Assembly (NCBI GenBank): GCA_963804955.1
Contig: CAWDSQ010000016.1
Coordinates: forward strand, 96,001-160,000
DNA from: an uncultured delta proteobacterium
GTDB taxonomy: Bacteria; Desulfobacterota; WTBG01; CAIYCZ01; CAIRTM01
Direction: 5' to 3'
Length of the DNA stretch: 64,000 nucleotides
The translations under genes were made by a program, and so were the position numbers. The notes under the pieces are model-generated. The model made no database searches. It was not told the origin of the DNA and saw only the letters and a list, made by a program, of their open reading frames with translations. Below, one piece after another: positions 42,557-53,714 of this stretch (position 1 is the stretch's first letter; each line of letters starts with the position of its first letter).

Positions 42557-43459
42557 ATGAAAATAAGAATCGGCACCAGAGGCAGCGACCTGGCACTGTG
42601 GCAGGCTGACTATGTTTCAGAGCTGATCGGCAGGCAGCAGACCGAAATAATTATCATCAAGACGCAGGGCGACATAATTCAGAATGTCTCCTTTGAAAAA
42701 ATGGAGGGCAAGGGATTTTTCACCAAGGAAATTGAAAATGCCCTGCTTGAAAAAAGCATTGATGTTGCCGTTCACTCCCTCAAAGACCTCCCGACCGACA
42801 GCCTTCCCGAGCTGTGCATTGCGGCAATCCCCGTGCGGGAAGAGCCGTCGGATGTTTTGCTTATCCGGCCCGAAGCGCTTGATACAGCCCGTATCCTGCA
42901 TCTGCGTGAGCATGCCATTGTGGGCACCAGCTCTGTACGCAGGCTCGCTCAGCTCAAGCATGCTGATCCGACACTGGAGGTACAGCCCCTGCGGGGCAAT
43001 GTAAATACCCGCCTGCGCAAGCTGCGCGAAGGCCGCTATGATGCAATTATGCTGGCCCAGGCCGGCATTGCGCGCCTGAAGCTTGATATATCATCGTTGC
43101 ACAGGTATATACTCCCCTTTGACATCTTTCTGCCGGCTCCCGCCCAGGGAGCGCTCGGGCTCCAGGTACGAACAGATGATGAGCAGACCCGCAGCGTGAT
43201 ACGGAAGCTAAACCACGAGGACACAGAGCTGGCGGTAACAGCGGAGCGGGAGTTTTTAAAGCATTTTGGCGGCGGCTGCCATATCCCCCTGGGGGCTCTT
43301 GCGACCATTGAGGCGGGCAGCATTCATCTGACCGGAGTTATTGCCGCCACAGACGGATCAAAAACCATGCGGCAGTCCGTTTCCGGCACTGACCCCGGAC
43401 AGATCGGGGCTGAGCTTGCCCGCATACTAAAAGAACAGGGAGCTGCGGAGCTTGTATGA
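42557..43459 (+). CDS. hemC: Porphobilinogen deaminase
   Basis: IGTRGSDLALWQ, AVHSLKD, GTSSVRR, LRGNV.TR, GGGCHIP. Confidence 0.95.
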   Translation: MKIRIGTRGSDLALWQADYVSELIGRQQTEIIIIKTQGDIIQNVSFEKMEGKGFFTKEIENALLEKSIDVAVHSLKDLPTDSLPELCIAAIPVREEPSDVLLIRPEALDTARILHLREHAIVGTSSVRRLAQLKHADPTLEVQPLRGNVNTRLRKLREGRYDAIMLAQAGIARLKLDISSLHRYILPFDIFLPAPAQGALGLQVRTDDEQTRSVIRKLNHEDTELAVTAEREFLKHFGGGCHIPLGALATIEAGSIHLTGVIAATDGSKTMRQSVSGTDPGQIGAELARILKEQGAAELV

Positions 43460-44958
43460 AAAAAGGTTTTGTGTATCTGGCCGGCGCCGGCCCGGGCGAC
43501 CCTGAGCTGATAACGGTAAAGGCGCTCAATGCCCTTGCTCAGGCCGATTGTATTATCTATGATTTTCTCGCCAACCCCGCCCTTGTTGAGGGATATGCCT
43601 GCGAAAAGATCTATGTCGGGAAAAAGGGTGGCGATCACACCCTGCCGCAGGAGGGGATCAATGAGCTTATCATTCAGAAAGCCCGGGAAGGCAAGACCGT
43701 GGTGCGCCTCAAGGGCGGCGACCCTTTTATTTTCGGCCGCGGCGGCGAAGAGGCTGAAGACCTTGCTGCGTCTGGCATCCCCTTTGCAATAATTCCGGGC
43801 ATATCTTCATTTTACGGAGCGCCTGCCTATGCAGGCATACCGGTGACGCATCGCGATTTTGCCCATGCCATGGAAATTATTACCGGGCACCGGCGTGAGG
43901 ATGCGGCCGAAGGAGAGGATGTAAATTTTCCGGAATATGACAGCGACCGGACTTTTGTTTTTCTCATGGGTGTTAAAAACCTGCCCCATATTACCGACTC
44001 TCTGATCAATAAAAAACATTTCCCGCAGGAAACGCCCGTTGCTCTCATCTCCTGGGGCACCAGGCCCGAGCAGCGTGTTGTGACCGGCACACTGCAGGAC
44101 ATTGTCGCCAAAAGGTGAAAAGGAAAAGATCAAGCCTCCTTCCATTATTATTGTCGGCGGCGTTGTCACGCTGCGGGAAAAGCTTCGCTGGTTTGACAAT
44201 CAGCCTCTGTTCGGAAAAAAAATTGTCGTTACCCGGACGCGCAAGCAGTCTTCAAAACTTTCGCAGCAGTTGAGCAGGCTTGGTGCTGCTGTTATCGAAT
44301 TTCCCACAATAGAGATACGGCCGCAGCAGGACCTCAGCCGGGCTTGAGACAGCTATCAGGAACCTGCGGGAGTTTCGCGTGGCTGTTTTTCACCTCGCAG
44401 AATGCGGTGGGCATCTTTTTTGACAAGCTCTTCAGCCTGGGCCTTGATGTGCGCGCTCTGGGCTCTGTAAAGATTGCCGCCATAGGACCTGCAACGGGAG
44501 ATGAACTCATCAAATACGGATTGAAGCCTGATCTTGTTCCCAAAGAATTTGTTGCCGAGAGCCTGCTTGAGGAAGCCCGCAGCCTGAAGCTTGCCGGCAG
44601 CAAAGTGCTGCTGCCCTGCGCCCGGGAAGCCCGCTCCGTGCTTGCCGAGGGCCTTCAGAAGCTTGGCGCCACGGTTGAGCGCATTCATATGTATGAGACA
44701 GTCAAGCCGGAGAACATAGGGCCTGAAACCATTGCCCACGTGCAGGAGGCTGACCTCATTACCTTTACCAGCTCATCAACGGCACGGAATTTCTTCTCCC
44801 TCGTGCCTTCGGTGAAGGCAGAGCTTGCCTCCATCGGCCCGGTCACCTCGCAAACCATCCGAGAGCTGGGCCACAGCCTGACCATTGAGGCTTCTGAATA
44901 CACGATTGACGGGCTGGTGCAGGCAATCATGGAACATTACGCCAATAGGCGGGGATAA
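43456..44958 (+). CDS. cobA: Uroporphyrinogen-III methyltransferase / synthase fusion (CobA-HemD); two frameshifts
   Basis: GAGPGDPEL, RLKGGDPFIFGRGGEE; GKKIVVTR; FTSQNAV, IGPAT, FTSSST. Confidence 0.9.
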
Positions 44959-44961
44959 GTC

Positions 44962-45124
44962 GTCACCCCGGTGAAAACCGGGGGCCAGATGTAGGGGCAG
45001 ATCAGCGTGTCTGTCCGGCACAAGGGCGCACACACAAATGCGCCCCTACATGAAAATCCCGGATACCGGCTTGTCGCCGGTATGACGATAAAACGACATT
45101 GTTAGACTTTTTACGGGACCATCA
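44962..45124. repeat. Nested palindromic repeat: GTAG-type REP doublet inside a GTCA-type element
   Basis: Outer GTCACCCCGGTGAAAACCGGGG..ATACCGGC..GCCGGTATGAC; inner TGTAGGGGC..GCCCCTACA (44990-45050). Confidence 0.7.
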
Positions 45125-45159
45125 TACCGTTGCCTTAATAACCGCTCCGGAGAAATTTC

Positions 45160-46132
45160 ATGGACTTAATTAAAAGACCGCGGCGCCTGCGCAGCGCACC
45201 CTGCATACGCAACCTCTCTGCTGAAACCATTGTCAGTTCGGAGAAGTTGATCATGCCCTACTTTGTCTGCGAGGGGTCAGGGATCAGGGTGCCCATTGAA
45301 TCCATGCCGGGCATCGACCGGGTATCGGTTGACAATCTGCTGGCTGATCTTGAAAAAGATTCCGCCCTTGGCATAGCAGCAATCATTCTCTTTGGCATTC
45401 CCGACACAAAAGATGAAAAAGGCTCCGGGGCCTATGCCGATAGACGGCATTGTGCAAAAAGCCGTCCGCGCAATTAAAAAAAAGTTCCCCGACCTGTATG
45501 TCATAACCGATGTCTGCCTGTGCGAATTTACCAGCCACGGCCACTGCGGCATGGTTGACAAAGGAAAAATTTTAAATGACCCTAGCCTTGAGCTGCTGGC
45601 AAAGACCGCTGTGTCGCATGCCGCAGCCGGGGCTGATATGGTGGCGCCGTCAGACATGATGGATGGCCGCGTGGCAGCCATCAGGCAGGGCCTTGACAGC
45701 AATGGCTTTTCAGATATTCCCATACTGGCCTATGCGGCAAAATATGCGTCCGCCTTTTACGGCCCCTTTCGCGATGCCGCGGGCAGCGCGCCCCAGTTCG
45801 GCGACCGGCGCAGCTATCAGATGGATTTTCGCAATGCCGCTGAGGCGGAGCGCGAAGTGCTGCTTGATATCGAAGAGGGCGCGGATATCGTCATGGTCAA
45901 GCCGGCCCTTTCTTATCTTGATATCATTCATCGGATTAAAAACATCGTGAAAGTTCCCGTCTGCGCCTATAATGTGAGCGGCGAATATGCCATGGTCAAA
46001 GCAGCCGGCCGCTTCGGGTTCGGCGATGAGCAGCGCCTGACCACCGAGATTCTGACCTCAATCTTCCGCGCCGGCGCCGACATGATTATTTCGTATCACA
46101 CCCGCGATGTTTTGAAGAACAAGTGGTTTTAA
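45160..46132 (+). CDS. hemB: Porphobilinogen synthase; one frameshift near 45440
   Basis: [49 protein letters not shown]. Confidence 0.95.
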
Positions 46133-46149
46133 CTGCCGGAGCGCATTGC

Positions 46150-47440
46150 ATGAACACAGAAAAATCAGCGGCCCTTTTCAGCGAGGCCTTACAGTATCTG
46201 CCCGGCGGCGTCGACTCTCCGGTGCGGGCTTTCCGCTCCGTGGGGGGAACCCCGCTTTTTATGAAAACAGGGCGCGGGCTCGCGTATTATTGATGAGGAT
46301 GACAATGAGTATATCGATTACTGCATGTCCTGGGGCCCCCTGATTCTCGGGCATGCCGACGCTGATGTACTCCGCGCCATTCAGGAAACCGCCGCGAGCG
46401 GCACAAGCTTTGGAACGCCTCACCGCTTTGAGGTGGAAATGGCAAAGCTGGTGACAGGCGCGTACCCATCAATTGAAAAGGTGCGGTTTGTCAATTCCGG
46501 CACGGAAGCTGTCATGAGCGCTGTGCGCCTTGCGCGGGGCTTTACGGGCCGGGATAAAATCATTAAATGCGACGGCTGCTATCACGGCCATGCCGATTTT
46601 ATGCTTGTTGCCTCGGGCTCGGGCCTTGCAACCTTCGGAACCCCGGACTCAGCCGGCGTTACCCCCGGCAATGCGCAGGACACCCTGGTCGTGCCTTACA
46701 ATGATCCTGAGCAGCTGGAAGCCTGCCTGAAAAAAAATGAGGGCTCTGTTGCCGCCGTCATTATGGAGCCTGTTCCCTGCAACTATGCCCTGCTGCTGCC
46801 GGGTGATGATTATTTGAAGACCGTGCGCGGCCTCTGCGACCGCTACGGCGTGCTGCTCATCTTTGATGAAGTGATCAACGGCTTCCGCCTGGCATGGGGC
46901 GGCGCGCAGGAGTATTACGGCGTCAGGGCCGATCTGACAACGCTTGGCAAGATTATCGGCGGCGGGCTGCCGGTGGGCGCCTATGGCGGCCGCAGGGACA
47001 TTATGAGCAAAATTGCGCCCGATGGGCCGGTGTATCAGGCGGGCACCCTGTCGGGCAACCCCCTTGCCATGGCTGCGGGTATTGCAACCCTGAAAAAACT
47101 TGCGGGAACAAAAGCCTATGCAGCATTGCGGGAAAAGGCGGAGCTCCTGCGCCACAAGCTGCAGCCTGTGCTGCAGCAGTATGCAGGAAGGGTTCTTGTC
47201 CAGCAGCTTGAATCAATATTCTGTTTCTATTTCACCGATGCCGAAAAAATCAAAACCCTTGATGCAGTAAAAAAATGCGACATGCAGCTTTTTGCGCGCT
47301 ATCACCGGGAGATGCTGAACCGGGGAATCTATCTTGCCCCCTCAGGCTATGAAGTCGGCTTTCTTTCCCTTGCTCATACGGAGGCCGATCTTGACCGCAC
47401 GGTTGCAGCGGTCGGGGCATCGCTGAAGGCAATTCTATAA
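46150..47440 (+). CDS. hemL: Glutamate-1-semialdehyde aminotransferase; 5' frameshifts
   Basis: [45 protein letters not shown]. Confidence 0.95.
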
Positions 47441-47475
47441 ACACTACTCGACTCTCTTGAAGAAATGCTGCTGAA

Positions 47476-47628
47476 ATGAAAATGCCGAACATACCCCGCC
47501 TGATATTCTGGGAGCTCACCAAGCGCTGCAATCTGGCTTGCGCGCACTGCCGGGCGCAGTACGTTGCAGGCGATTATCTGGCGGAGGAGCCCTCCTGCGT
47601 CTATCAGCCGAAAAGGACTGCCCTGTGA
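47476..47628 (+). pseudogene. ahbD: ahbD (heme synthase radical SAM) remnant: 50-aa in-frame fusion of N- and C-termini
   Basis: MKMPNIPRLIFWELTKRCNLACAHCRA|QYVAGDYLAEEPSCVYQPKRTAL; not in the ORF track. Confidence 0.75.
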
Positions 47629-48656
47629 CGGAGTTCAGCAAAAACGAAGCAGCGGTGCTCAACTACATACAGCGCTCAATCCCCCTGGTCGAACGCCCTT
47701 TTCAAAAAATAGGAGCTGATACCGGTCTGTCAGAGGAAGCGGTGCTTGAAATTATCTTCCGCCTGAAACAGCAGGGGATAATCAGAAATATCGCCGCTAT
47801 TTTTAATGGCGAAAGCCTCGGGTATCAGCTGAGCCTTATTGCCTGTGAAGTGCCGGAAGCATCCCTTGAAAAAGCGACCGCCGCCATTAATGCCCATCCG
47901 GGCATAAGCCATAACTATCTGCGGGGGCATCGCTACAATATCTGGTTTACCCTTGCCCTTGAAAAATCTCTTCCTTTTGACGATGCGGTGCGGCATATCG
48001 CGCACAGGGCAGGCGCCAGGGATTTTTTAATTCTTCGCAATGAAAAGCTGCTGAAAATCGGCTTAAAGCTCCCTATCGGAGATGACTGTCATGAAGCAGA
48101 AGAGGCGGCTTCGGGCCTTGCCCCCCAGCGGGCTGAGGCTCGCGCCTTTACCGAAGAAGAACGCATGGCTGTACTCCTTCTGCAGACCGATCTGCCCATT
48201 GTTGCGCGGCCGTTTCTTGAGATGGTGAACAGCACCGGACAGCAGCTCTCAGAGGCGCGGCTCATTGAGCTTGCCTGCCTGTTTGAGAAGCAGTCTGTCA
48301 TGCGCCGCTTTGCCGCTGTGCTGCGGCATATGCAGGCAGGGTTTAATCACAATGCCATGACCGCATGGAAGCCAAAAGCAGACATACCTATCGAAGAGCA
48401 GGTCAAGCCCTTTCTTGACGCCATGGCGGTAACCCATCTGTACCTGCGCACTGTGTATCCGGGCCGATGGGAGCATCCCCTGTTTGCCATGGTGCATGCG
48501 CGCACAGAAGCTGAGCTGGACGAGCTTATAAAAAATTTATCGGCAGCCTCCGGGCTGACTGACTTTCTGGTGCTGAAAAGTCTTAAGGAATTAAAAAAAC
48601 AAAGGGTCTTGTATTTTTCACCCGATTTCATGGAATGGGAGCGGCGCAACCAATGA
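47625..48656 (+). CDS. ahbAB: Siroheme decarboxylase, AhbA-AhbB (NirDL-type) fusion
   Basis: Two AsnC/Lrp-like halves: PLVERPF..HPGISHNYLR..YNIWFT and LPIVARPF..AGFNHNAM..VTHLYLR..LFAMVH; GTG start. Confidence 0.85.
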   Translation: MTEFSKNEAAVLNYIQRSIPLVERPFQKIGADTGLSEEAVLEIIFRLKQQGIIRNIAAIFNGESLGYQLSLIACEVPEASLEKATAAINAHPGISHNYLRGHRYNIWFTLALEKSLPFDDAVRHIAHRAGARDFLILRNEKLLKIGLKLPIGDDCHEAEEAASGLAPQRAEARAFTEEERMAVLLLQTDLPIVARPFLEMVNSTGQQLSEARLIELACLFEKQSVMRRFAAVLRHMQAGFNHNAMTAWKPKADIPIEEQVKPFLDAMAVTHLYLRTVYPGRWEHPLFAMVHARTEAELDELIKNLSAASGLTDFLVLKSLKELKKQRVLYFSPDFMEWERRNQ

Positions 48657-49042
48657 TTGATATAGGAAAAATATACTGCGGGAGAAGCTCAACCGGTGTG
48701 GGAATCGGCAATATGCACCCCGACCAGTTCTGGCAGGACTACGCGTTCGGAAATATCCGCGAGCGCCGCTGTGGCGATATCTGGCTTGATGAAAGCGAAC
48801 AGCTCATGCACGGCCTGAAGCACAAGGCCGACTATATCAAGGGCCGGTGCCGCCACTGCCAGTACCGCGCCATGTGCACGGGCTCCATGCGGGTGCGGGG
48901 ATACCGCACCTATGGAGATTTCTGGGCGCCTGAACCCCAGTGCTATATAACAGATGAGAGAATAGGTCTTGGTGCGGCAAAAAAGCTGGACCTTATTGAA
49001 AACAACGAGGCATTACCCATGCCAAAGGAGCTTATGGCCTGA
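48653..49042 (+). pseudogene. ahbC: ahbC (NirJ1-like radical SAM) remnant: N-terminal decapeptide fused to SPASM domain
   Basis: MIDIGKIYCG then GVGIGN-MHPDQFW..FGNIRER..KGRCRHC..C..RVR..GDFWAPEPQCY; no CxxxCxxC or barrel. Confidence 0.75.
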
Positions 49043-49710
49043 TGCAGCTCTATCCCGTCATGATAAATCTTGAAAACAAACAGGTCGTCATTATCGGCGG
49101 CGGCGATGTGGCCCTGCGCAAAGCCAGCGATCTGCTTGAAGCCGGCGCCCGGGTGCTCGTCATTGCACCCGATGTGCATCAGGATTTTAAACCACTTGCC
49201 GGCTCTTCTGGCGCAAGCCTTGAAATTTTTCAGCGGCCCTATCAGCCGGGGGACCTTGCCGGTGCGGCCCTTGTTTTTGCAGCAACCAGTACTGCAGAAG
49301 TCAACAAAGCTGTGTTCAAAGAGGCTCAGGAACGGAATATTTTTATTAATGCTGTCGATGACCCGCCCAACTGTTCGTTTTTTATTCCCTCTTTTATAAA
49401 AAAGGGCGACCTGATTCTGGCGCTGTCAACCAGCGGAAAATCGCCAGCCCTGGCTGCCCGGCTCAGAAGAGAAATCGAGAAACATATCCCTGAGGACATT
49501 GAGCAGACGCTCACCGCTTTGAGTGAAATTCGCCACATTTTCAAGTCACATAAAAATTTTACCGAAATCAGCTCTTCGGACAGGGGCAGAATTCTCAAGC
49601 TCATTGCAAACAGCGACACCCTGCTGCAGGAAGCGGTTGCTGCTTCAGCCTCCGGCCGCCTCTACCAGTTCCTGCTGCGTCTTTTGAAAATCCCGCCCGC
49701 AGATGCGTAA
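49042..49710 (+). CDS. Precorrin-2 dehydrogenase / sirohydrochlorin ferrochelatase (SirC/CysG-N/Met8-like)
   Basis: YPV..VIIGGGDVALRK, INAVDDP..C.F..P, STSGKSPALA. Confidence 0.9.
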   Translation: MQLYPVMINLENKQVVIIGGGDVALRKASDLLEAGARVLVIAPDVHQDFKPLAGSSGASLEIFQRPYQPGDLAGAALVFAATSTAEVNKAVFKEAQERNIFINAVDDPPNCSFFIPSFIKKGDLILALSTSGKSPALAARLRREIEKHIPEDIEQTLTALSEIRHIFKSHKNFTEISSSDRGRILKLIANSDTLLQEAVAASASGRLYQFLLRLLKIPPADA

Positions 49711-49856
49711 TCTTTTTTTCTCTCATAAATGAAAAGGGGCGGGGGGCGTATTTCCCCAGGCCTTTCACGCCACGGCCGGCATGAAATGAAACGGGCGGCT
49801 GTGTGAAGTACCCACACGCCGCCCGTTAAACAAAAATGCAATACGCTGTCGTTTTT

Positions 49857-50041
49857 TAGAGCATTTTTCAAAATAGTATAGCCCTCTGCGCACAGGTGAG
49901 CTTTTGGTGAAGGCAGCCCGTGCGGTTCGAGCGATAGCTTTTCCATCATTGCCGGTTGCTCGTGCGAGAATAGAGCACGGGCAAACGAATCAAAAGCTCA
50001 TCACCTGTGCGCATGGTTACAACAAAAAGAAAAATGCTCTA
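49857..50041. mobile_element. MITE-like element, copy 1
   Basis: TIR TAGAGCATTTTTC..GAAAAATGCTCTA; internal IR TGCGCACAGGTGA..TCACCTGTGCGCA. Confidence 0.65.
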
Positions 50042-51332
50042 GAACTTGAAATTCAGGTCAAGCTGCAGCTTTTTTTCATCAAGCGACTCTCCGCTGATAC
50101 GTTCATGGTCAAAATAGGCCACGGCAAAATCGATATTCTCGAACAGCCCATAGGTAAATGCGGCCTTATAGCCCTTGATATTTGTTTCGCCGTCATAATT
50201 GTCGGCATCCGTCAGGGCATCAACCCAGGCATCGCGCTCGAGCTTCATATACCGCGTCATGAACTGCCAGTCATGGCGCTTTTTGACTTTATCCGAACCT
50301 ACCCGGAAACCTGCGGCATAACCCGTGTCGCCCTGGCCCGCCGAGGTATTCTTCACGGCTTCGCCGAACAGCGCGACAAACGGCATGCGGGCATACGGCG
50401 TCTTCCACCCCAGCTCGCCGGTAAAGGCCAGCGCATCGTAATCATATTTCAATGTGTTCTCGAACTTACGCAGGGTATTTGACTTGCTGGTGTAGTCAAG
50501 CGTGGTAGTTTTTCACATTGTCGAACTGATAGTAGGTAATGGCATTTTTGAAATACACATATTTGCCAAGCTTGATCTTGGTGCCGGGCTGCACCACGTA
50601 CATGGTCGGGTCATTTTCATCATCCTTGCGCTCGTCAACCACCCAGTAGCCCGTTGTGGCGAATACGTCCAGCCAGTCATAGACCGGGTGGTTAAACACT
50701 ACCGATGCGCCTTCGGGACGGATATCGCTGTCCCACAGCATATCGGTGGTGACAAACAGGGGGTTTTCAAACTTGCCGCCCACAAGGGACATCCAGCTGT
50801 AGGGCTTGTAGCGGGCATAGGCATAGTCAAGGCGCAAATCACCGCGCTCAAATGTATTGTTCATGTCTTCATTGGTCGAGCGGGGATTGGAATCACCGCT
50901 GGCAACGCCGAAGCCCACGTCGACCTTATCGTTGAGCTGGGTAACAACGCCCAGGCGCAGGCGGTAGCGGCCCTGGTTGCGCTCTGCTTTTTCATCGCGG
51001 TCTGTGTGTTGATAGCGGAGGCGCAAATCGCCCTTGAGCTGCATTTTGCGAATCCACTGGGGCAGCGCTTCAGCAAAAACCTTCGGGTCCTTCTTGATAT
51101 CCTCGCGCACCGCTTCTTTGGTGCTGCGAATAAGCTCCTGCCGCTCCGCGTCTTTCTCCTGTGCCGCCTCCTCTTTGACATCTTTGATAATTTCGGCGGC
51201 ATCCTGTTTGGTGAGAATGCCCTTCTTCACCAGCTTCTCAACCAGGATGTCGACCTCGCCGGCTTGCGCCGAAGCGAGAAAAAGGCCGGCGGTAAAAAGA
51301 CAGCCTGCAAGTAGTACGAGTAACCGTTTCAT
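50039..51332 (-). CDS. Putative outer-membrane porin; one frameshift near 50500
   Basis: Signal peptide, LVEKLVKKGIL, KGDLRLRYQ, RYRLRLG, C-terminal DLNFKF. Confidence 0.8.
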
Positions 51333-51357
51333 AGACGCTCCTTTCCGGTACGGCAGG

Positions 51358-51843
51358 TTATTTGCCGACTGCCCAGCTGAAGGTTATGGAAAACTGGGCC
51401 GGAAGCAGGACATCGCCGTCGATGTTCTTGATGAAGGCGACCGCCAGCACCAGGCCGTACGCGGCGCTCATCTTCACGGTTTTGGTAAGCGTCAGCGGAG
51501 CTGCTGATTTCACATTAATAAATGCGGGCTTGCCGCCCAGCGGATAGGCCAGCCCAAGCAGGCTGTACTCGAGCACGGCGCCGAAATCCTTGGTGACCGT
51601 GGGCTTAAGCGTAATGGTCAGATCACCCAGTTTGGTTTCATTGTCGCCCGTGCCGATAAGCAGGTATGTTTCCATCGGGCCAAACGTGCGGCTGTCGAAC
51701 TCATCATACAAATAAAATTCCCGGATCGTGCTTTCGCCGGGGTCGAGGGTCAGCAGGCTGCCAGCCTGCACCTGCACAGCTGCCATGCTCATCGCACAGA
51801 CGAGAACGGCACTTGTAAAAAATTTTTTCCATCCCTTTTTCAT
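51358..51843 (-). CDS. Secreted hypothetical protein
   Basis: SD GGGAGG, Sec signal ending VQA, beta-rich mature part. Confidence 0.7.
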   Translation of the reverse strand: MKKGWKKFFTSAVLVCAMSMAAVQVQAGSLLTLDPGESTIREFYLYDEFDSRTFGPMETYLLIGTGDNETKLGDLTITLKPTVTKDFGAVLEYSLLGLAYPLGGKPAFINVKSAAPLTLTKTVKMSAAYGLVLAVAFIKNIDGDVLLPAQFSITFSWAVGK

Positions 51844-52320
51844 GCAAACCTCCCTTTATATGTGTTTTTCCGATATCGGGAACCAGATAGCAGCCCCCGG
51901 CATTATTGTCTTTCGAAAACCATCGTCTTGGCGATGATTCCTCAAGAAGGCAACTCAAACACGCCGTGTTTTTTGACTTCATAATCGCTTGCACTTTGCG
52001 GGCCCACTGCAGTTTCACAGACAAAAGCCCGTATCTGATGCTTTATTAGCCTTGTTAAAAAATGAAGCTGGCAGAATTATAGTATCAAAAGCCAAAAAAC
52101 ACCGTACAATTTGCCAACTAAAAACTTTGCCTATTATAGCACTACAATTAGAGCCTAGTCTAGCATATTTTTGCGTGTTTTTTTGCTTCACAGACAGTGG
52201 CGAAAAAAATTTCTTCCAGCAAGTCTCTTTTAAACAAAAAATGGTCTATTTTTATAATTAATTAAATTATATAATAAACATGCTGGTTAATCCTGTCAAA
52301 AGACGTCGAAACCTGCATGC

Positions 52321-52479
52321 TAGAGCATTTTTCTAAAAGGTGTAGCCCCATTGTCATTTCGAATCTGCCGTAGGCGGTGAGAAATCCGGAACCATGGTTG
52401 TTCTTCGGCCAAAGATCTCTCCCTGCGGTCGAGATGACAGAAAAGTCAAAGCGTCTATAGTAAAAAGAAAAATGCTCTG
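52321..52479. mobile_element. MITE-like element, copy 2 (same ends, different interior)
   Basis: TAGAGCATTTTTCT..AGAAAAATGCTCT; interior GTCATTTCGA..TCGAGATGAC palindrome. Confidence 0.65.
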
Positions 52480-52705
52480 AGTTTTTTATCAATGCTGCAT
52501 CGAACCGCCGCGTTCTGCAGGTATGAATTGTCTTTTTAGCCATAAAAAAGCCGGCTCATGTACCCGTTCATTCAAACGAGCACACTGCCGGCTTGTCTTC
52601 AGAATCAGATCAGCAGAAGGCGACGTAAACCAGCGCACTGTGTCAGCAAAAAGGAAAGCTTTTTCCATGACAGGGCAAATCCGCTGTACGGAAAATCTCT
52701 CCGGC

Positions 52706-53440
52706 TCAAGACGCCTCTTCATTGATCAGATATTTTGCGGCTACAGCTTCAAGCGAGCAGGGGGCCGTCTGCCCTTTTGCCAGCAGGCGCAGGGCCGCAA
52801 GGTCGGATGCCCAGGCAACATTACCGGGCGCCAGCAGGCAGACGCTGCCGGGTTCATAGGCGGTAAAAAGTTTTCCATCTTTATAGTAATAATGTTCATT
52901 GCTGGCTTGAGTAGAGTAAATGCGCATGGCCGGCGGCAGATCGCTGGGCTTGAACCACAGCTTGACCTCGCGCTCGGCATCTGCGGCATTGGCCGATGCG
53001 TGAATAAGGTTGTCCATGCGCTCGTCAAGCACTTTGCCCGAGGCGTCCTTGACCGGGAAAAGCGTACCCAGGGCGCGAATGCAGCCCGGCCGCTTTTCCC
53101 GCGCATCATGCGGGTTGGTGGGACCGGCAATGTTGCGTATTTTCTGTATGGCGTCCGGGCCCATGTACACCAGCGCGATCACGCGGCGCTTCCAGGCCTC
53201 ATCGGGATAGTGGGACGCGCCCATGATATACTCAAGCAGCGATTCAAAAAACACCTTCCCCTTATGCTCGGCATAATGCTCTTCGGCCAGCATGCGGTGT
53301 ACTTTCACGATCTTTGTCGCGGCAAAACGCAGTCCCGTGTGAAATTCGGAAAGCTGCGAGAGCACATATCCGGTCAGCGAATGCCTGAGCGCATCGGGCT
53401 TAATGAGCACAAGCGTCTGTTCAAAATCTTTCGTTTCCAT
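52706..53440 (-). CDS. ndk: Nucleoside diphosphate kinase, long form
   Basis: EQTLVLIKPDA, EHYAEH.GK.FF, GPTNP..PGCIR, NLIHAS (catalytic His). Confidence 0.9.
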   Translation of the reverse strand: METKDFEQTLVLIKPDALRHSLTGYVLSQLSEFHTGLRFAATKIVKVHRMLAEEHYAEHKGKVFFESLLEYIMGASHYPDEAWKRRVIALVYMGPDAIQKIRNIAGPTNPHDAREKRPGCIRALGTLFPVKDASGKVLDERMDNLIHASANAADAEREVKLWFKPSDLPPAMRIYSTQASNEHYYYKDGKLFTAYEPGSVCLLAPGNVAWASDLAALRLLAKGQTAPCSLEAVAAKYLINEEAS

Positions 53441-53714
53441 GCGGAAATCTCCTTTATTTAAACATTTTGTATTTTTGTGCACGGAGAAAAAATAAAGGGC
53501 CGGCTCATGTGCCCCGCCCTTTACATCTGGTCTTCATGCGGTTTTTTTGAGGTGCTGATTTTAGCATGCTTTTATATTTAATTCAATTCTTGTGAGGCCC
53601 CGGGCATCGCTTCGCCGAAAGCCCCCGGCGGAAAAGGCTTGCAAAAAAGGCTTATTTTCTTAATAATAGTCGGGTTTTACTAAACGCATCATTTTTTCTA
53701 CAGAAGGAGGAAGT

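Noticed and set aside
51945..52035. c-di-GMP-I (GEMM)-like riboswitch upstream of the secreted protein (GAAA..CGCAAAG..GTTGCC)
   Set aside because: Lacks the GGCAAA/GGTAAA lead-in and a convincing P2/P3 pairing; needs an Infernal test
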